Source of the DNA: a virus
Lineage: Duplodnaviria > Caudoviricetes
Virus record (IMG/VR): IMGVR_UViG_3300033153_010441
Coordinates: 1-60,818 of that record
Strand: one strand, 5' to 3'
Length of the DNA: 60,818 nt
The position numbers were made by a program, and so were the translations under genes. The notes beneath the pieces were generated by a model, which was given only the letters and a program-made list of their open reading frames with translations, was not told the DNA's origin and searched no databases. Each line of letters opens with the position of its first letter. Within the stretch, counting starts at the first letter, position 1. Shown here piece after piece: positions 57,457-60,818 of this stretch.

Positions 57457-57986
57457 AGTTAGTTAGTTCAGAATTGAAAGTTTCCGTAGATATTGGAACA
57501 CAGCGTTTTTTGAACAATGTGCGTAAATCGCGTATTGCTAATCACATGAGTAAGGGTGATCCTGTTGAGTGCGAGATTACCAGCTACCGTGGTGAGCTGG
57601 CGGTAGCGAAGGCTCTTAATCTGTTTCCTGATCTAACAACCTTTAATCGGACTGGTGGGTACGACTTGGTGACCCAAGATGGTCTGCGAATTGATGTAAA
57701 AACTACCAGCTATAAAAATGGCAATTTGGTTATTAATTCCAAAAAAGACCCAACACAAAGTGATGTGTATGTGCTGGTCAGAGCATTGGCGCCCAACGCA
57801 TATGAAATTGTTGGCTGGGAATATACCAGCATTGTTCACTCAGATATTTATTGGACTGATAGCCTGAAGAGCAAAGGTGGTGGTTGGTTTGTTCCTGCAG
57901 ATCATCTTAAATCAATTAATAGTCTTTTGAAAAAGGAGGAGGATAATAATGGCGAAGAAAAAGAAGAAAGCAACGAAGGGCATTAA
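57441..57986 (+). CDS. Putative PD-(D/E)XK nuclease
   Basis: GELAVAK...GYDL...IDVKT...DVYVLV...IVGW. Confidence 0.65.
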   Translation: MSKIVKLVSSELKVSVDIGTQRFLNNVRKSRIANHMSKGDPVECEITSYRGELAVAKALNLFPDLTTFNRTGGYDLVTQDGLRIDVKTTSYKNGNLVINSKKDPTQSDVYVLVRALAPNAYEIVGWEYTSIVHSDIYWTDSLKSKGGGWFVPADHLKSINSLLKKEEDNNGEEKEESNEGH

Positions 57987-58332
57987 TACAGAAGAATATC
58001 AGCGTTTGTTGGCCGAAGCAGCAAAAAATGATTACCGATGCAGTGTGTGCGGTTATAATGATCTTCCCATTGGGCTGATGCCGAAGGGTGGTCTTATTTG
58101 TGCTGCATGCCTATCTCAGATGGCCATGCCCAAGGAGCATTTCAAGGAATTTGATGCGGAAAAGGCTGATGACGAAAAGTGGCAGGAAGTACGAAACAAT
58201 GTAACATACTATGATCCTGATCTGGATTGGTACAGATACATTGTAAACGATAAGGTGGTTGACGCCACACGTCAATCTTTTGGTCGGTGGTTGAGAGAAT
58301 TATCTGAGGAGAGGGGGGCTGATAATGACTAA
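57949..58332 (+). CDS. Zinc-finger hypothetical protein
   Basis: CSVC...ICAAC; GGAGG RBS. Confidence 0.6.
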   Translation: MAKKKKKATKGINTEEYQRLLAEAAKNDYRCSVCGYNDLPIGLMPKGGLICAACLSQMAMPKEHFKEFDAEKADDEKWQEVRNNVTYYDPDLDWYRYIVNDKVVDATRQSFGRWLRELSEERGADND

Positions 58333-58531
58333 GGATAATTGGAAGCATAGGTCAACTGAAATGCGCTGTGGTACGTGCATGTACTTTGTTGAAAAGGTTA
58401 CTCCTGTTGTGCAGCAAGTTGATCGTCTGATTGGCCGTTGTCGCCGCCATGCCCCTACCATGAGCGGGTGGCCAGTAGTTTTCTCGGACGATTGGTGTGG
58501 TGATCACAAGCTGGATGAAACAAAACTATAA
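58325..58531 (+). CDS. Small Cys-rich putative metal-binding protein
   Basis: CGTCMYF...GRCRRHAP...WPVVFSDDWCGDH. Confidence 0.7.
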   Translation: MTKDNWKHRSTEMRCGTCMYFVEKVTPVVQQVDRLIGRCRRHAPTMSGWPVVFSDDWCGDHKLDETKL

Positions 58532-58546
58532 TTCACCAAATAAGAC

Positions 58547-58585
58547 GCCCCCACCAGCCGAAGCTGGTGGGGGTTTTTCTTTTTT
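58547..58585 (+). terminator. Terminator of rightward operon
   Basis: GCCCCCACCAGC cgaa GCTGGTGGGGGT followed by T tract. Confidence 0.85.
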
Positions 58586-58645
58586 CAAAGCCTAATGCTA
58601 AGGTTTTTGGATTATTTTGGTGTGACCTATAGGAAGATATGGACT

Positions 58646-58864
58646 ATGGAAATTACACGCCCGTTGAAAGCAATTAGACAATATTGTCTTGATTGCAGCG
58701 CTGGAAGCCCATCTGAGGTTAGAAAATGTGTCATTGAGAATTGTCCACTGTACCCGTTCCGTTTTGGTAAGAATCCGTTTCGTAAAGGCAGGGTCCTGAC
58801 TCCTGCAGAAAAGCAGCTTGCCCGCGAAAAAATGATGCGGCTGCGTGAGCAGGGAAAACTTTAG
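58646..58864 (+). CDS. Small CxxC protein
   Basis: PLKAIRQYCLDCSAGSPSEVRKC...CPLYPFRFGKNP. Confidence 0.75.
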   Translation: MEITRPLKAIRQYCLDCSAGSPSEVRKCVIENCPLYPFRFGKNPFRKGRVLTPAEKQLAREKMMRLREQGKL

Positions 58865-58876
58865 CTCCCAAAAGGA

Positions 58877-58915
58877 AAGCCCCTCACCAGCCGAAGCTGG
58901 TGGGGGGCTTTTTTT
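58877..58915. terminator. Probable bidirectional terminator between CxxC gene and integrase
   Basis: AAGCCCC-CACCAGC cgaa GCTGGTG-GGGGCTT with T tract; converging genes. Confidence 0.85.
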
Positions 58916-58924
58916 GTTTTTGGC

Positions 58925-60109
58925 TCACTTCGCCTTGCGGCGGGTGTTAAGATCAATTACTGGGGTTGGCTCCATGTGCTGGCTGAAGTACCGATCCACC
59001 CCAGTACGAAAATCAGCCTTGGCATTCAGGTCGAGATGCGTGTAACCCTCCGTTGTAATCAAGTTGGCGTGTGACATGAGCTGCTGGACCTGCCGTAAAT
59101 TCCCTCCTAACGCTCTTTCAGCGTGTGTGCTGAAAGTGTGTCGCAATGTGTGGAATACCACCCGATTTTTCGTGTCACGGGCCGCTACGCCGTTGTTCAG
59201 TCCCGTTATTTCAATAGCACGGGCGATGTGATAACGCTCAAACTTTTTGAAGATCCGCCCCTTTTCCTTCCGGCCCAGGGCCAGCAGCGGTTCCCGGACC
59301 ATGCTGGATATGGGCAGGGTATCCACCTTCCCGCCCTTACGAACGAAGGTCATGGTCCCCCGTTCCCAATTAATGTTCTCCCAGCAGAGGTTCTTCACCT
59401 CGAATTTCCGCATTCCCATGAACAAACCCAGGCACACCTGAACATACGCATCCTGGTTGATCTGCTTGGTCGCGTCCAGAAGGCGGCGAATCTCGTCGAT
59501 AGAGAGGTACCTTTCCCGGACCACCTTGGTCTTGCGGAGCTTAACCAGCTTGGCGGGGTTGCCGCCCTGGTACTTGCCAGTATTCTGTGCAAACTCAAAC
59601 AACTGACGCACCAGGGTCAGAGCATGCGCCACACTTCCTGGTGCCATCCCCTTTTTCTCTTTCATGTCCGCGACCATCTTCTGGACGTGGACCTGGGTGA
59701 TAGCAGCCAGTGAAAGCCCTCCAAGGACTGGTTCAATATGTTTCTTCCAGGTGCTGATCTTGGTGTCCACGGTGTGCTGCCGGTAGTCCTGGGCCTTCAA
59801 GTAACCCAGGTACTCCTTCCAAATGTCGCCCAGGGTGCGGGGGGTCAGCGCCTCTGCTGCATCAATCCCCCGCCGCTCCAGCATGATCCGCTCGTTGCGG
59901 ATGTCCCGCGCCTTCTCGGCGTTCATGCCTTCCTCATTCGTCCCGCAAGTAAAGACCACCAACCGCCCTGCGCGGTTGACGTACCGGATACGGTACACGA
60001 TCAGCTCGCGGGTCTTGCCGTTCTTAATCCAGCTTCCCTTCAGGCGACGGGCATACACGCCGGTGTACCCCTTCAGCTTTTTCTCTTCCCCCACTTTCAT
60101 GCTTGCCAT
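58925..60109 (-). CDS. int: Tyrosine recombinase / phage integrase
   Basis: GMRKFE (R), RKGG (K), FHTLRH (HxxR), MSH..L.TTEGY (H, Y); arm-binding N-terminal region; GGAGG RBS. Confidence 0.95.
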   Translation of the reverse strand: MASMKVGEEKKLKGYTGVYARRLKGSWIKNGKTRELIVYRIRYVNRAGRLVVFTCGTNEEGMNAEKARDIRNERIMLERRGIDAAEALTPRTLGDIWKEYLGYLKAQDYRQHTVDTKISTWKKHIEPVLGGLSLAAITQVHVQKMVADMKEKKGMAPGSVAHALTLVRQLFEFAQNTGKYQGGNPAKLVKLRKTKVVRERYLSIDEIRRLLDATKQINQDAYVQVCLGLFMGMRKFEVKNLCWENINWERGTMTFVRKGGKVDTLPISSMVREPLLALGRKEKGRIFKKFERYHIARAIEITGLNNGVAARDTKNRVVFHTLRHTFSTHAERALGGNLRQVQQLMSHANLITTEGYTHLDLNAKADFRTGVDRYFSQHMEPTPVIDLNTRRKAK

Positions 60110-60210
60110 AAGTGCCTCCTTTTACTATAAATTACTTATGATGTTTACAACAGAGCAATTTTCCCCATTTTCCGGTAATCTGTGGGTAAACCAAACCTCC
60201 ATTTCAAGGC

Positions 60211-60239
60211 ACTATAACAGTTATGAAAAATGCTGTCAA
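60211..60239 (-). promoter_or_regulatory. sigma70 promoter for integrase
   Basis: Minus strand TTGACA-17 bp-TATAGT. Confidence 0.75.
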
Positions 60240-60307
60240 GCATTTTTAAAAAGTGGGAACGGCTCTTGCTATTTGTGTGTTTTCCCAGTATTTCAGGTGA
60301 CATATGT

Positions 60308-60363
60308 TAAATCTAAGGAACCTCTCCACCAAAGATAAATCTAAGGAACCTCTCCACCAAAGA
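60308..60363 (+). repeat. attR region: exact 28-bp tandem duplication, each copy ending in the att core
   Basis: TAAATCTAAGGAACCTCTCCACCAAAGA at 60308-60335 and 60336-60363. Confidence 0.95.
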
Positions 60364-60818
60364 GGCGGCCCAGTTCCTGGGCGTCAATGAGAAGATGGTC
60401 TACACCCTGGTGTCCGAAAAGGGGCTGCCGGCTACCAAGATCACCGGCAAGTGGCTCTTTCCCATTCACCTGCTCGAGCAGTGGGTGGAGACCCATACCA
60501 TCAACTATCCTGAGGCCCGGGGCAAGCTGCCGCCCTACGAGGGACTGCTGGTCATCGCCGGCAGCAACGACCTGCTGCTCGACAAGGCCATCCAGTTGTT
60601 CAACACCCGCTACCGGGAACACTTGGCCGTGTTCGGCAACCTCGGCAGCATGGGCGGTCTGCGGGCCCTGCGCCAGGGCCTCTGCCACGTGGCTTCCAGC
60701 CACCTGCTGCAGGAAAACGGTGAGGAGTACAACTTCGAGTTCGCCCACCAGGAGTTCGATCGGGTGCCGGTGGTGGTCAATTTCTGCCGCCGTGAGCAGG
60801 GGCTGATGCTCGCCAAGG
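60350..60818 (+). pseudogene. Body of interrupted host regulator: excisionase-type HTH plus PBP-like (molybdate-binding type) domain; runs off window
   Basis: Manual translation LSTKEAAQFLGVNEKMVYTLVSEKGLPATKITGKWLFP...LVIAGSNDLLL...GSMGGLRALRQGLCHVASSHL...RREQGL; GC-rich host-like codons. Confidence 0.88.

Larger units (their letters stand above)
314..60363. mobile_element. Complete integrated prophage (~60 kb, podovirus-like virion module, T7-like replication module, tyrosine integrase)
   Basis: Direct repeat TCCACCAAAGA at both ends splits one host ORF (MKRLLSTKE at left, LSTKEAAQFLGVNEK at right); integrase next to right end; full head, tail, packaging, replication and lysis gene set between. 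Confidence 0.95.

Noticed and set aside
33441-58904. GCTGGTGG (E. coli Chi) occurrences
   Set aside because: Few, mostly inside hairpin stems, and the host is unlikely to use the enteric Chi sequence
60341-60816. ORF-track calls 60341-60748 (-), 60387-60806 (+), 60610-60816 (-)
   Set aside because: Wrong frame or strand; the real coding frame is the HTH/PBP regulator from 60350

Overview
The window is almost entirely one complete, integrated ~60 kb prophage (attL 314-324 to attR 60353-60363, 11-bp core TCCACCAAAGA). It sits in the 9th codon of a host gene for an excisionase-type HTH plus periplasmic-binding-protein-like (molybdate/tungstate-type) regulator, an architecture I associate with Desulfobacterota. 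The left arm (minus strand) encodes a podovirus-type virion: TerS, intein-containing TerL, portal, scaffold, N4-gp56-family capsid, adaptors/nozzle, two fibre-like proteins, ejection proteins and a 2843-aa polyvalent protein. The right arm (plus strand) encodes small early genes (RadC/JAB, DUF932), a T7-like replication and nucleotide set (primase, helicase, Pol A, SSB, exonuclease, endonuclease I, dUTPase, class II RNR, ThyX-like), a holin/endolysin pair and a tyrosine integrase. Most unusual signals: (1) several tRNA-shaped non-coding RNAs together with a catalytically dead RtcB, a truncated RNA ligase and an RlaP-like nucleotidyltransferase/HD pair; (2) a radical-SAM-like CX5CX2C domain in the giant ejected protein; (3) a phage-supplied replacement start for the interrupted host regulator that is frameshifted by an exact 28-bp tandem duplication at attR; (4) an array of related palindromes in an AT-rich control region; (5) poly-G tracts as ribosome-binding sites. 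All family assignments come from motif recognition by eye; no searches were run.
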